From Klebsormidium nitens (lineage: Eukaryota > Plantae > Klebsormidiophyceae), in assembly GCA_000708835.1 (NCBI GenBank), contig DF237052.1, positions 1 through 64,000 on the forward strand: a stretch of 64,000 bases of DNA, read 5' to 3'. Under the pieces are notes generated by a model. That model had not been told where the DNA came from, made no database searches, and was given only the letters and a program-made list of their open reading frames with translations. Position numbers and translations under genes: made by a program. Of this stretch, positions 11,920-25,703 are shown piece by piece. How positions within the stretch are numbered: the stretch's first letter is position 1; each line of letters begins with the position of its first letter.

Positions 11920-13800
11920 TGTGGCCAACTCTATCTGCGTGCCTAGGGCCTGATTTCTGAGGTGGTTCTGGCCTGCTTCTGTCGGCGATTTTAGTGCCAA
12001 TGCTAGCACTCAATGCAACTGCTCAGCTTTGGTAAGTGTCTTCTGAATCCGGATTGGTCCCATCAATCTGGTTGTGGACGCAGCATTTGTCTTGCCACTG
12101 TATGTGGAAACAAGGCTGCTCTAGAAGACAGGCATTGCTTGGCAGATTTTCCTGTCTGCCACCCTACAATCATCCGGTAGAAGACTTGTGTAAAGTGCTG
12201 GTGATCAAGAGTCACCTGTACATCAAAAGAAGGCTTTTAGCATGATTGAACAACTAGACTGCATCCGCACTTTCCTTGATCCTTTAGCTTGGTATAAGTG
12301 AAAGAGCTTCGCAGATAATCGCGCAGCTATCGATCGGCAAAAATCCCCTTTAAAACCAGGATTGGACAGTTACCCAGACATCTTGTGACACCTGTCCGTA
12401 AATAAAGCAGAGTGCTTGATCTTGGTGAAGTAATGCTGAAACCAGAGCACCACCAAGTAATCTCCTGATTGCCACAAGGGGCCCATCAAACCTAATGGAA
12501 CAGAAATTTGCACTGAGCAGAGCAAGCAACATTTCTTGGAGATGTTGGCACGCGACACAGACAATTCAGAAAGAAGTGTTTCCCTTACCACTACAGAGTC
12601 GTCACTGCTTGAAGGAGCTGTCACTTTGCATCAAAAATGGTCCATCCTTGAAAGCTCAAGATTTCAGAGCTGCAATAAATGTCCAAAGTATCAATATTCG
12701 CCAGCGGCAAAACGTCCAGCAGCACTAGGAGACCAGGAGACTGGAACCTCCTTCTTCCGACCCTGAGAAACTTGGTGCAACGCAGAAAAGCCAGAGAAAA
12801 GGCTGTGATACCACTTTCGGTCCTGGCTGCTGAAAAGGGTGGTGCATATGCATTCTGACATGCCGCCGCAGACGTGCAGGAAGCCCCAGTTACCGCTTGC
12901 AAGAAGCGCTAGCAACAGAAAGACTGAACGCGGTATCGACTCATGGAAATGCAGGTGTGATGCAGCACAAGATCCCTTCCAACCACTTGTCAAAATGTCT
13001 CTGGCTTGCAGACATCCTCCACATCCGGAAAAGTGACTCAGAAGAGGCGTGCTACCGGTCACGACCGGCCGGGTGTCATCACCAGCAGTGAGCTACCGGG
13101 GGTGGGGATGACCAGAGATATGAGGATCTTTTACTGTCCAAAAGTGCCTGTCCGCAGCAACACTCGGACCTACCTAGCTGGTGATTCTACTGTAGACTCC
13201 AAACGTGATCTCTTGGTGAGTACCGGCCTGTCCGTAGATGGTCCATCGTTCAGAGGCTGGCGTCCGCACAAGTCTCGTTACCACGTGGTTTACTCGAAGT
13301 CGAGACTTCCCACCCCACTCCCGAGCCCTCGGAAACTTCGGTAGGCATTGACGTCAGCCGGGGCGGTAGGCAAAGCCGCCGCAGCCGCGCTCACAGTGCA
13401 TTCTTGCCAAGTTGTGAATCTGCACAAAATCGATTCATGCGCTTACCGGGAAGGAATTGTCCCAAGCAAAACCACTGTATGAAGGGCGCCACTCCGGAAA
13501 TGCGAAAAGCCGTCCGTACACAAAAAGCTGACTGCATAATTGGTTGGTCAACCTCGTTGAGAATGCGTCTCTACCAAGCTCCGAAACAGTCCGCCAAGCA
13601 CTGAAAAGGCACAGGTCTGATTCTACCAGAAACGAATCCAATTTGCTACGTCATCGAATCATTACCATCCGGCCGAGGCTACACCATTACCGCCTGGAGC
13701 CTGGCTGGTTAGGCCAGTATACCGTACGGGCCACGGCGTATACGACCGGTTGCCACAAGCTTAGAGTGCGTGGTAATGGTGGCTAGAGAGGAAGCCTGAC

Positions 13801-14474
13801 NNNNNNNNNNNNNNNNNNNNNNNNNNNNNNNNNNNNNNNNNNNNNNNNNNNNNNNNNNNNNNNNNNNNNNNNNNNNNNNNNNNNNNNNNNNNNNNNNNNN
13901 NNNNNNNNNNNNNNNNNNNNNNNNNNNNNNNNNNNNNNNNNNNNNNNNNNNNNNNNNNNNNNNNNNNNNNNNNNNNNNNNNNNNNNNNNNNNNNNNNNNN
14001 NNNNNNNNNNNNNNNNNNNNNNNNNNNNNNNNNNNNNNNNNNNNNNNNNNNNNNNNNNNNNNNNNNNNNNNNNNNNNNNNNNNNNNNNNNNNNNNNNNNN
14101 NNNNNNNNNNNNNNNNNNNNNNNNNNNNNNNNNNNNNNNNNNNNNNNNNNNNNNNNNNNNNNNNNNNNNNNNNNNNNNNNNNNNNNNNNNNNNNNNNNNN
14201 NNNNNNNNNNNNNNNNNNNNNNNNNNNNNNNNNNNNNNNNNNNNNNNNNNNNNNNNNNNNNNNNNNNNNNNNNNNNNNNNNNNNNNNNNNNNNNNNNNNN
14301 NNNNNNNNNNNNNNNNNNNNNNNNNNNNNNNNNNNNNNNNNNNNNNNNNNNNNNNNNNNNNNNNNNNNNNNNNNNNNNNNNNNNNNNNNNNNNNNNNNNN
14401 NNNNNNNNNNNNNNNNNNNNNNNNNNNNNNNNNNNNNNNNNNNNNNNNNNNNNNNNNNNNNNNNNNNNNNNNNN
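13801..14474. other. Assembly gap (N run)
   Basis: Run of n between the head-to-head histidine kinase and NOP14 genes. Confidence 1.
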
Positions 14475-14659
14475 TGAGCAGTGAGCAGGCTGAGAGTCAA
14501 GAGCCTAGAGGTGCCTCTAGACGCCGGAGCCGGAGGGGAAAGGCCGGCTTGCAGACAATTGCTGGAATCCCCCTCCGCATTGCAGCCCTTTTGCAGGCAA
14601 GCAAGAGGACGGCTTCGTGCATTGTTCCAAAAAGCAGGACACTTTGAGAAATTGAAAAT

Positions 14660-17600
14660 ATGGCAAAAAAGAAGCCGCCCAGGGGATCTACGATGGCAGC
14701 GAGCAAAAGGAATGCTCAGAATGGTAAAGGTGCTCTCAAAGGTGGCACACCAAACCAGCGATCAAAAGGAGATACCGCGGTCTCTGGGCAGAAAGCGAAT
14801 CCTTTTGAGCGCATGTGGAATCGGCGGAAGTTCGACGTTCTGGGAAAGAAAACCAAGGGCGAGCAGAGGAAAGTTGGCCAGTCTAGGAGCCGGGCTGTGG
14901 AGATGGTATGTCAGTTTTCTTGGTTGTGCGCTTGATTTGGTGCCTGCTTTTACAGGCATGCATTAGGGAAGGCAGCATTGCCGAGCTTGAATACGGCGCT
15001 GGTCTGGAGGGAAATACACATTATTTGCGGCTGTAAAGAACGGCACTCGCTGCATGTCATTGCTTTGAGGGGGTGCTCAATGCGATCATGTGTTCGGCGC
15101 TGCTTTCTCGCTCTGAACTTTATTCAGGGTCAATTCTCATTATTTCCACTTGCACCACCCTACGGCATCTTAAGAAAACTGCCTCATGGTTGTTGACTGG
15201 CACCTGTTTCTTATGTAGCTTAACTTCCTGAATTCCACCATTCGAATTGTGCCCAGAGTATGTCAGCTTGTATGACACCAATAGCATCATCCTGAATGAA
15301 GGTCGGTCTCTCCTTGTACCGCCACTCGGAAGCTGGAACGTGTTGTGTCAAAGTTGAAGACTTTCAATCTCAATCGACGTGTGTACTATCTGACCATGCA
15401 TTGGTTTCTAGCCACTTCCTGAGAACAGTATTATTGCAGTTGTACCACCTTTGCATCGCCTGGTGTACTGAAATTCTCGATTCAAAAGTACTGTGAGTTT
15501 TATTAGTGACTATAGCAGCACAATTTGTCCATACAACAGCAGTAACAAGAAAGTCAAGCGGTCTTCAAGCTTGGCGGGGGTATTCTATACACCCAGATAG
15601 AGTTTGAAAAGACTGCTGTACTGTCTGCTGTATCTTGAAGCTCTGCAGATGCCCTCTTTCTTTTGCAGATGACATAAATACTTTTCTACTCTACTAGAGT
15701 AAAAGTTTCACATGTGCATCACTCTAGAGAAGTTTAGCTGTAGAATGCACATCAAGTTGCTGGTAATGTAGATCAAATTCACAACAGTATATTGGGGTTA
15801 GCTTCTCATGCTTGTGTACACTAAAAGAGGTGATTACAACTGGTTCCAGTTCATTCTCTCGTCGTGTTGCTTCTTTGAAAGACTTTCTTTTGGCTGCTTT
15901 ATCCCCCTGCAGCGAAAGGCAATGCGTCTCCAGAGGTATGATCAGCCCCCATCAAAATGAATCGTGGTTGATTCACGTTATTGGCCTCCAGCAATCCTTG
16001 GACGATTGCAAACCAGTTTTCCAACCCCTCTCCTGCAGAGAAGGGACACGCCCCCTTCCTGAAGTTAAAGGACATGACTCTCCAGGAGTATGGACAGCCC
16101 CATCTGGAATGAATCCTGAGTGGTTCACTTTATGATTTTTAGCATTCCTCAGATGCTCGCTTATCAATCCTACAACCCCTTTCCTGCAGAGAAAAGACAC
16201 GCTCCTCCACGAGTACCGCCAGTCCAAGAAGGCGAACGCGTTCATCGACCGCCGCTTCGGCGAGTCGGACGCCAGCCTGGCAGAGGACGACAAAGCGATC
16301 ATGCGGTACCAAAAGGAGCGCCTGGCGCAGCTCAACAAGCGCTCGCGCTTCAACCTGAAGGACGATGATGTCAGCGACGGGGAGGAGGACCTGCTGATGC
16401 ACAGGGGGGTGGCGGCGGGGGTGGACGATTTTGACGAGGGGGACGTGCCGGGCGAGGAGGATGAAAACAATCCTGAGCGTAAGTCACAGGAGTTGATTAT
16501 CGATTGAATCCCGGTGGCTCGCCCCTTTCAATCTCAAAGGGCTGCGCCCGGAATCTCCTATGCCGCCACGATCGGAAACCGACGCTTTTTCTGAGGGTTG
16601 CCAGCACCTGTTCATGCTTTGCGTTTCAGTCCCTTCGTTCAGCCCCGGTTACAAAGAAAAGTCCTCCGAAAGCTCCTGATCCTCTTCAAGTATACATAGA
16701 CCACCCACTGTCGCAGATACAGTGCTGGTCTGCGTGCTGGTCTGCAATTCCAACAATGAAGTGCATGTACCGAATTTGCCGATCTGTTTTGGGAGCTGGA
16801 GGCTTCTCCAGGCATGATTGGAGCGTCATTGAAAGGAAGTTCTCCAAACATCGTCATTGGGTGGTGTGCGATCCAGTTACTTGCAAAGATCATTCTCACC
16901 AAACGAAGAAGCCAGATTAAGTAAAGGGTTGATCAGTGGGTTACAATTTTTCCCCGCTTGCTTCTTCTGCAGTTGACGCAGAGATCGTGGACAAGCTGCA
17001 TTTCGGAGGCTTTGAGCGCGCATCCGGAGGGGAGTCCCTGGACATTGTGAGACTTGCTCTTTCATTTTTCGCTTTAGATTCAGACGATTGTTCTATCAGT
17101 GTCCAATGGTGTCCATCTATTGGTGGAAGTCGACCTCTTGGCAACGTGTGAGAAGGCAGTCGCGTTTTCAGTTCCTGGTGGCGATCGATTGGCATGTCGG
17201 TGTCCGCTTTTACAAGTACTCTGGAACGAGTTGTCTAATACAGGGTAGCAGTGACACTGTGCCTTACTGGCTACACTTTCAAACCCTGGCAGGTGCTGCA
17301 ATTCTCGACCGGTTGAATCTTCATTCGAAAGACACGTCAACCATTCTTTTGCTAGTAGAGAATCCAGAACGTTCGGAGTCTCGTTAAAATACTCTCGGAT
17401 GATAGTCTCCTCGACTTCGTCCGTGTGTAAGCTGGACAAGCCCAAGGTATGATCAAAGAGCTTGTTGCTAGAGTCATCTCTGCAAAGGTGCAGAGTGACA
17501 AGGAAGCCGAAGAAGCTATAAATGCAAAAGACCTTCGATTTAAGCCTTAACTCTGTCGTTCACTTTTTAGGGAAAGCCAAAAACGCGGAAAGAAGTGATG

Positions 17601-20600
17601 GAGGAGCTTATCGCCAAGAGCAAGTTCTACAAGGCGCAGAAAGCCAAGGAGAAGGAAGAGGCTGACGACTTGCTGGGGACTCTGGACGAACAGTTCAGAG
17701 AGCTGACTCAGAAAGGGCTGTTGGCAAGTAAACCGTCCAAGAAGGACGACATGTCTGCGCTTATGGCCAAGTATGGGGTTGCGGCGACTGCTTCGGAGGA
17801 GAAGGGTAGAAAGGCGGACACGGCGTTGACAGGAGGGAAGCAGGATTTGGCAGGAAAGAAGAAAGAGCCGAAAGCTGAGGAAAGTGCTGGGGGTATGGAG
17901 GCGAAAAGAGCAGGGGCGAAGGACAGTGGAAAGCTCGTTCCGGGGAAGGAAGGCAAGAAGAGCGGAACAGCGGAAACGGAACCGGAGAAGGACGACTATG
18001 AAAAGTTGGCGCGTGAGATGGCGTCCGACCTGCGGGCGCGGGCGTCCGATCGGACGAAGGACCCGGAGGAGGCGGCGAAGGAGGAGCGGGAACGGCTCGA
18101 GAAGCTGGAGAAGAAGAGGCGGCAGCGGATGGAGGGTAAGCAGACCGTTGCGGTTTTTGCTCTCTATTTGGTTATGTTAAGATTTGTTTATTCCTTCGTT
18201 CGTTGCTTATGTGTCGTGAAGAAAGCTCCTCTTTGATTTCCAGAAAGATGGATCTGAACAGGCGGCAACGCACGGAGGGTGGAAGCAAGCTTTGCCGTCT
18301 CTGCTCTCTTTGTTCGGTTCCGAATGACACGTGTCTTTCCAGCTTCGTTGTCAGATTAGCTCTTGCTTCTGGCTGTCAAGAATATGGAAAAGGGAAGAAG
18401 TGGGAACGCATGGAGGTTGAGGTCAACTCTTTTGTCGTGCGCTTCTCTTTCGGGTTTCCTTTAATTGCTGGCTTCCACCCTGCTCGTAGATCCATTTGCT
18501 AACTTGAGCTTAGAGTTTCTAATCCAAGACAGAAGATACCAGATTGATTCCCGCAAATCAACCTCAAAATCCTTGGAATCGTTTACAAACCCAATCTCGG
18601 TTCTTTGAAAGTCTCATTTCCGACGATGAAGCCATAATGCAAATAAATCAAGCCACCTCCTTTCAGGTCTGGACGAGGAAACGGAGGGAGAGGAATCAGA
18701 GGACGAGACTGGAGGCCGCCGCGCACGGAAGCGGCGCAAGCGGGCTGAGACGTCGGGAGACGATCTGGGGGAGAACTTCGTGTTGGAAGGAGAGGAGTTT
18801 CAGCAGGAGGGTTGGGCGACGGACATCATGAAGCAGGGGGAGGATGAGGGTGAGTCAAACCTAGAGGAAGTTGCGATTGTTGTGGACTTGTTGAGACTGG
18901 CGGAGTTGATTTTTTTCGAGGCTTTGACCTACTAGTTGTCGGAGGAGGATTTTTAAAAGGAGGACTGGCAAGGGGCATATTGAAGCAGGGGGAAAGATGA
19001 GGGTGGATTAAAGGAAGTGGGCTGGCTTGCTCTGGATTCCTTGAGCTGGCCAAGTTAGGTTCTTCTTGTAACCTTAAGAACGATTCCTCACACGTACTAT
19101 TGATCACCTGCATATAGGGTAGGATTACCAGTGAGAAGGCTTCCAACGAGAGATACCTCGCAAGAGTAGCAGCAATCATTTGTGGTTCCAGCTGTTTACA
19201 TCGCTCGAAATGGACTGGTTCTTTTGAGCCGGCCCTGTTTGTTTTCAACGGGCTTTGGCGACAGGCCGATCTTGTGGCACGTCACTCAGGCCTCCGACCT
19301 TTTCCTTAGCGACGACCCTGGTTCCAGACAGTGTCTGAGGCTTTTTGAGGTGGAGATATACTAGGGTGTCCGAGAGGGCGACAGCTTTGGTTTTGCTAGA
19401 GCCGACCAGGAACGAAATCAAACACTTCTGCAGAAGTGCCTTCACACCTGTAACGAAAATCAAGATCGGGACCGGGCTCTTTTGCAAAAGTGATTTCATA
19501 GAAACCCTTCCTGGGAGACAACTTCGAAAATGCACTCCATGAAGACCGAATCTTGAATCTGTTTGCAGACGAGGACGATGAAGAAAGTGGGGAGGAGGAC
19601 GAGCTCGAAGGGAGTGCTGACGAGGACGACGACGTCAGCGAAGACGAGGACGATGACGTCACCGCTGACGGGGATGACGAGGGCAGCCAAGACGATGCGG
19701 ACGTCAGCGGGGGCGAGGGACCGGAGGACGACGTCAGTGGAGGAGAGGAGGAGAGCGGATCCGGCTCGGATGGTGATTTGGACGACTTTTTGGGAGCAGT
19801 GCAACGGGAGAAGGAGATGCGGGAACTAGAGAAGCGAGAAAAGGGAGGGCAGGAAGTATTGAAACGGAAAAAGAACGGGAATAGGGACGCAGCTTCGGAT
19901 GCTGCTTCTTTAGAGAAGCCAGATCCACATACCAAAACTGGGAAGGGGGGCAGAACGGCCGGGAAAGTCAAGGAGGGGGCCCGGAAAAAGGACGGCGGAA
20001 AACGCCCCAGGGGGGAGCTTCCTTATGTGATCGATGCCCCCCAGACGTTGGAGCTGTTCCGGGCGATCGTGGACGGGAGGAGCGACGCTGAGCTGGCGTT
20101 GGCGATCGAAAGAATACGCGCGTGCAACTCGGTGAAGCTGGCGGCGGACAATCGGCGCAAGATGCAGGTGAGGAGTCTGCCTGGAAGGACCTGGCTTTGA
20201 GCAGTTCAGAATGTAACGGTTCCCTTGAGGTTGCTTAGGACGTTAGGGTTGCCTTGGGGTTCTCATTCAGTAGGGGCTGCCTTGGAATTTTTGGGTTTAG
20301 AGAAGCGGATAAAGAACGGCAGCCAGATAATGCAACCTCAGACTCTACCCCACTTCGCAGCCCCGCTTGCGGGTATTTGGGAAGCATTGGTTACAGCTTG
20401 CACCCTAATCTTCCTATCCGGCACTTGCTCTAAAGAAAATACTAAATATAGGCAGAACTTCTCCTTTCCTTTTCAAGACACAGTTTTACGGGTGAAAGGC
20501 ATATCACGCTTATGGAGAGTTCCCTGACGTTGGGCAATAGCCAATCCGTGTGTTGTCCGAAGCGTTCCCACGCAACCCTATTCCAGTGGCAGCAACAACG

Positions 20601-23600
20601 TTGTTCTTTCCTTTCTCTTCATTTCCGATTTCTCTCCTTTCCATCCCCCTCATTTGGAAATTTGGAAATGCATCGGCTTTACTGCGCGATACTCTAAAAG
20701 CATTTCTTTGCAGTGCTTCGCTCAGCTAGTTTCTAGAGCCCTCACCGCCTCAAGCTGGTCTTACAACACGACACTTTCCTTCCTTTTCCGGTCCCTCTTT
20801 TCATCATTCATCTTGTTTCTGAAACCCCTTTGTCTTATTCGTGCAGATTTTCTACAGCGTTCTCGTCCAGTACTTCTCCGCTCTGGCAGGCGACTCCCCG
20901 CTGCCGCTGGGCAGAATTGATGTCCTTGTCAAGCCTCTCCTCGAGATGAGCCAGGACACGCCTCTCATTGCGGCCGTCAACGCCAGGGAGCGGATTCTCA
21001 AGATGCAACAACAGCTGAGCGCTAAGCTTAGGGACCCAGGTGAGAGTCCACAAGCGTTTGGACCATTTTGGATTTTAAGCTGAAGTGTTGCATTCGGACG
21101 GTGGCTCCCCAGGAGTAAGCAGCTCTGAAGCGAGGTGAAAAGTTGCGAAAACGTTTGTGACGTCGTTGCTGATGCACGCTATGCCTCTTACGAAACCAGA
21201 GTTTATTTATGCTTCGCTGATCGATTATTATTGGAGGGTTCTCTAGACGGGCTCTCCCAAAGTTTCAGGAAGGGTGCTTTAGACGGGCTCTTCCAAAGTT
21301 CCATATGTTGGAACAATGATTTGAGTGCTCAGCCACTGTGCGCTTTCAACGAGTTGCAAAGCCGAGATCAGCAAACCGTCCAACCGCGTCATGACGTGAG
21401 TCTCATATTTGACTGCTGTCCCCTCCTTCCTGGATGCTTTGCCTGTGTTACAATTATTTTCTCCTTTCGTCCTGAACTTTCACCTTTGATTGCAACAGAA
21501 CTAACTCCCTTGAAACGAGACGCACCACGCGTTCTCCTTTACCACTTATGAACGGCTTCCCCTCCTTTTCTGTCCATGGTCACTCGCCTTTCAATTCCGA
21601 TAAGAGCGTCTGAATTCAAACGTTTCCAAATTCACGATAATCTCAATTTAAAGACCCAAGATTTTCATGTCGTCATTTTTGAATTCCTGTCTTTTCAGAC
21701 GGCTCCTCGTGCTGCCCTCTGCTTGGACGCTCCCCCTGCTTTGCCGCTGGACGCTGTTCGGACGCTCATTGATCCGTCGAGTTTCAGATTGAACAAGGTT
21801 CAAGCCTGTTACTTTGACACTGATATAGAAACTCACTTCCTCGTTTAGACGGACTCCTCGTGCTGGCCCTCTGCCCGGACGCTGTTCGTGCTCCGCCTCT
21901 AGAAGCTTTCTGGACGCTCTTTGAATTGTCAGGTTCTACCCAATCTAATTTTGGAACCTCAAAACGCTAGACTCTAATTTAAAAAGTTTCTCTTCTTTCA
22001 GACGGCTCCTCCTGCTGGCCCTCTGCTCGGACGCTCCTCCTGCTCCGCCTCTGGACGCTCACCTTCCCGCCGTCCGACTTCCGCCACCCCGTCACGACGC
22101 CGCTCGCCATCCTAGTTGGCGAGTACCTGGCACGCTGCCACGTGGCGGGCCCTCGGGACGCCGCAGTTGGGGCCTTCCTGTCTGCGTTTGCCCTTCAGGT
22201 GCGGAAGCTGACGTCATCAATCTCTTGGGCCTCTTCTGCTGACGTCAACTGAGTGTCTTGCACGATTGAGACGTCGTAGAGTCTGCAGCGGCGTGCTTTA
22301 CTTTTTTGGCAGATGTCCGACCGATCGGCCCACGTCAGCATGGCCTAGCTGAGGCGTGACCTTTGTCTCTGTCCTTCTGTTGTAAAGCAAGAAGTGATCG
22401 TTACGTTTGTTCATGGTCGTAAAAGCCAGAAGACATTCTGGACGAGATCGATATAGATCGAGAGAGCCTGTAAGAATAAACGGCTTTCTGAGCAACAAAT
22501 GTCTTGTTCTGCGCCGCAAAACGATATCGAGGGTTTCTATCCTGAGCTTACATCCTGCTAACTCCAGCTTTTCTATCCTTACGCAGTTCCACTCACAGGC
22601 CAAGCGCTTTTGCCCCGAGGCGGTGACGTTCCTCCACGCCCTGCTTCTCACGGCCCTCCCCCCTTCCTCCCAGAAAACGCACCCCTCCCTTTGGGGGGCC
22701 GTTCCGGCCTACTTGAGAGAACAGGTCGGCAGTCAACTTTGGCTGCACGTCCCTTCAAAAACGTCCTCAAAAAAGGACTCGGAAAAGCACCCATCAGAAA
22801 CTGCCAAGAAGGCGAAGGCGAAAGCGTCGAACGGCGTGTCCGAAAACGGGGTTGGCAAAACCCACGGGGATCACACCGAAACAGCGTCCCCCAGCTCGGA
22901 GTCCGAATCCCTTGACCTGGTGTCTCTTCTTTCTGGGGGGGCAGATTTGCGAGAGTATGAGACGGATCAGTGGAAGCAGTCTTTGCTAGCGGCGGTGTTG
23001 GAAACCCTGGGCGGGTTTGTGCGGCTGTATAAGGGCCTGCCGTCGTTCTCGGAGCTCTTCCGACCACTCGGGGGGACGCTAGAGGCGCTGTTGAAGGAAG
23101 GGCTTCGGTCGGAAACGCTGCAGGTGAGAGGAAAAGCTCATCCTTTTTCTGCTTTTTCCATTTGCAGTTCCCGAACTTTCCAAGTACCCAGTAATAGAGC
23201 GAAGTAGTGGCTGTTCCCTTTGCTTGGTTCATTCGAAAAGGTCTGCCGCTGCAATTGAGGGGCGTCGGCAACTTCGTCCGACTTTCGGGCGAGAGTATCC
23301 GTTATCGTGTGTCGTCCTAAATCCGGAGTCGTCTACGGCTTTTGCGATGGCGATGAAAAGTTCTTGCAGTAGATTGATTCGACCATGCGCGCACTCCTTG
23401 CCCGACCACCTTCGTCGGTTGTCACGCTGGAAACGGAAGAAACACTTCGCCGGATACTGCCTTCGTCAAGTACAGTCCATGATGCAGTTGCTGACATCAC
23501 CTTCCGCGGCAGGCGCGATAGTTTCTAATCAATATTCACGAAAGGTGTAGTTTCACGTTATTCCGAAAGTTGAGGTTTTTGGAACTCATCCGCAAGTTTG

Positions 23601-24450
23601 TTTGTTCCACAGGCTGCGGCAGCCCGCTTGCGCGAAGACATCACGACCACCTCTGCTGACGTCATCTCGACGCGGCAGCCGGTGAGAATGCGGACCAAGC
23701 GCGCGGAGCCCATCAAGCAGTACAACCCGCGCTTCGAGGAGGACGGCTATGTGGCGGGCCGAGATTACGATCCAGATCGGGAGCGAGCCGAGAAGAAGAA
23801 GCTCAAGAAGCAGCTCAAGAAGGAGACCAAGGGGGCTGCGCGCGAGCTGCGCAAGGTGAGAAGAGGTTTGGTTTAGGCGTGGGTCTGGTTGTGCATTCAA
23901 TCTGGAAAGATAGATTGGTTACACCGGCGTTCCATTTTGAATATCCGCAGGTCAAGAGAGTGATCGGCGCAAATTTAACATCGAGTAGTCTGGAAAAGCA
24001 GTCCAGTTTCCGGTCCCAATTCTTGGAGTCCTGCTTCATGCTTTGTTTGGTGGGTGCCTTCGGTTTTGCGGCTCGGTTTGGAAGCCGAAGGAACTGTGTC
24101 TGTTCGGTAAATTCAAAAAAACTTCGTTTGCTGAATCACAGACCGCCAGTTTAAAGACCAACCTCTAAAGAGTGCAGCTTCTTTTGACTGAGGGCACGAG
24201 GGCGGTTTGCTTTTGGACACCGACCAGTCGCAGGTACTCAGTTGCTATAGTATAAGGGCTATTGCACTTTTGAACAACACAATCGATTTTGCAGGACAAC
24301 TACTTCTTGGCTGAGGAGAAGCGGCGCGACCAGTTGGTGGCCGAAGAGGAGCGCCACGACAAGTACCGCAGCGCTATGGCGTTTCTACAGCAGCAGGAGG
24401 GGGCGTTCAAGTCGGGGCAGCTGGGGGGCGGGAAACGGAAGCGGAAATAG
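14660..24450 (+). CDS. NOP14: Nucleolar protein 14 (SSU processome / 40S biogenesis factor), 11 exons
   Basis: Exons 14660-14905, 16190-16478, 16973-17046, 17571-18135, 18667-18849, 19569-20167, 20847-21039, 22002-22198, 22587-23123, 23613-23855, 24295-24450; all GT-AG with consistent phases. Recognised motifs: NPFERMWNRRKFDVLG, RKDTLLHEY...FIDRRFGE, KTRKEVMEELIAKSK, FPPSDFRHPVTTP, KRFCPEAVTFL, PIKQYNPRFEE, KGAARELRKDNYFL. Confidence 0.93.
21244..21300 (+). repeat. 36-bp-period direct repeat in NOP14 intron 7
   Basis: tagacgggctctcccaaagtt (21244) / tagacgggctcttccaaagtt (21280). Confidence 0.85.
21693..21920 (+). repeat. Two intronic degenerate copies of the 5' end of NOP14 exon 8 with acceptors
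   Basis: ttttcag|acggctcctcgtgctgccctctgc (~21693) and gtttag|acggactcctcgtgctggccctctgc (~21843) versus the real tttcag|acggctcctcctgctggccctctgc (22002). Confidence 0.9.
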
Positions 24451-25634
24451 GTGGGCTCTAAGAAGTCGGCAATTGGTGTAAAGGAGTGGGTTTCTAAAGG
24501 GTTTCCGTTAAGCGGAGATTTTGTGGGCGTGTCGCCACCGCAGACGCAGGTTGAGGCGCTCCGTAGCGAGCGCAGTGTGGAGGCTCTGTTCGGCCGATGT
24601 CTTGATGTCGTGCGAGAATTTCGTTGGAAAGATCCAATTGACGTAAGTTTTGGCGCAGACATCTGCCTTGGTTTTCCACCACTCTCATAAGCACATGATG
24701 TTATGATGGTCATGAATCGTTCTCTGACCGTGGAGTCAGGTCAGATTCCTTCTAAGCATCGGCTGCGAGCTTCTGCCGTGATGCATGAGAACGAATTTTG
24801 CTTTGGTGTGATAAAGCTTGCACGACATGTTTTCTTGTTGCGTGGCTTTACCTTTTTGATTCCAGTACGCGTGACAGTCTCTCGTCCTGATGTAAGTGAT
24901 GTGGAGTTGCTCCACTGCGTGCTGGTTCGACAGTTTTGGCCGCTCTACAGGTTTCTCCTTTGAAGAACATGGCTGTGCTGTCTGGATCGGCAGTCCGGGA
25001 GACCAGCATTTCGCTGTTCTTCTTGAGGTTCATTCTATGCCGTTTCCTTATGTAGTGGTTCCGTTGAAAGCTTCCAAGAAGCCGGGATGGCAACGTAACC
25101 GCATTCCCTTCCCCTTGCTCACGTGGAAACCAGTTCCTCTCGCCCTCGAGTTGAAAACCAGTTGCTCTTGCGAGTTCCAGTCGAGCGAGTCGGTAAAGAG
25201 TGTAGAGTTACAACAAGTAATTTCGAAATTTTCTGCTTTTCAGTTCCTTGTGGGGTCTGCCGTCTAGCTCGCCTTTCTCATTGGCTCCTTGCATGTTGAG
25301 TCCAATTTGTAGAGTCCGATGGCAATGAGGATGCTTATGTGGCCTTCAGGGTCATGGCTTGTACCCCATTGTCTGGTAACCGACGCCCGTACCTGCCTTT
25401 TTAAGTGGCTGGTCGACAATCCACGAGGAACGCATGCCAATCCCCTTTCATTTTGTCCATTCTGCGCTGATGCAAGGCGCAGTGTTTTGGCTTTATACGA
25501 CTTCGTTGAAAGTCCTCACGTTCTCACGGTCTTAGTCGAATCCGACACCCGCGCTTTGGCCGGCGGCGGTTCGTGCTGCTGACGACAGCCAGGTGGGCGT
25601 GGGCTTGCCTTGGTGCTCAAAGATTGTCAAAGTT

Positions 25635-25703
25635 GGCAGTGATGACTAGTGACTGGCCTGCCGCTGCACTGGCCAATGTACATCGAGTAAGACGACCGAT
25701 GCC
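25635..25703 (+). ncRNA. C/D-box-like unit
   Basis: GGCA-GTGATGA (perfect RUGAUGA)...CTGGCC...TGGCCA...CCGA-TGCC. Confidence 0.5.

Noticed and set aside
13709-14500. Long ORF spanning the first gap
   Set aside because: Artefact of translating Ns.
19396-19971. Ser/Pro-rich antisense ORF, and similar antisense or off-frame ORFs over NOP14, the kinase and the LRR gene (e.g. 22648-23271, 9841-10578, 4362-4832)
   Set aside because: Shadows of real GC-rich or low-complexity coding exons.
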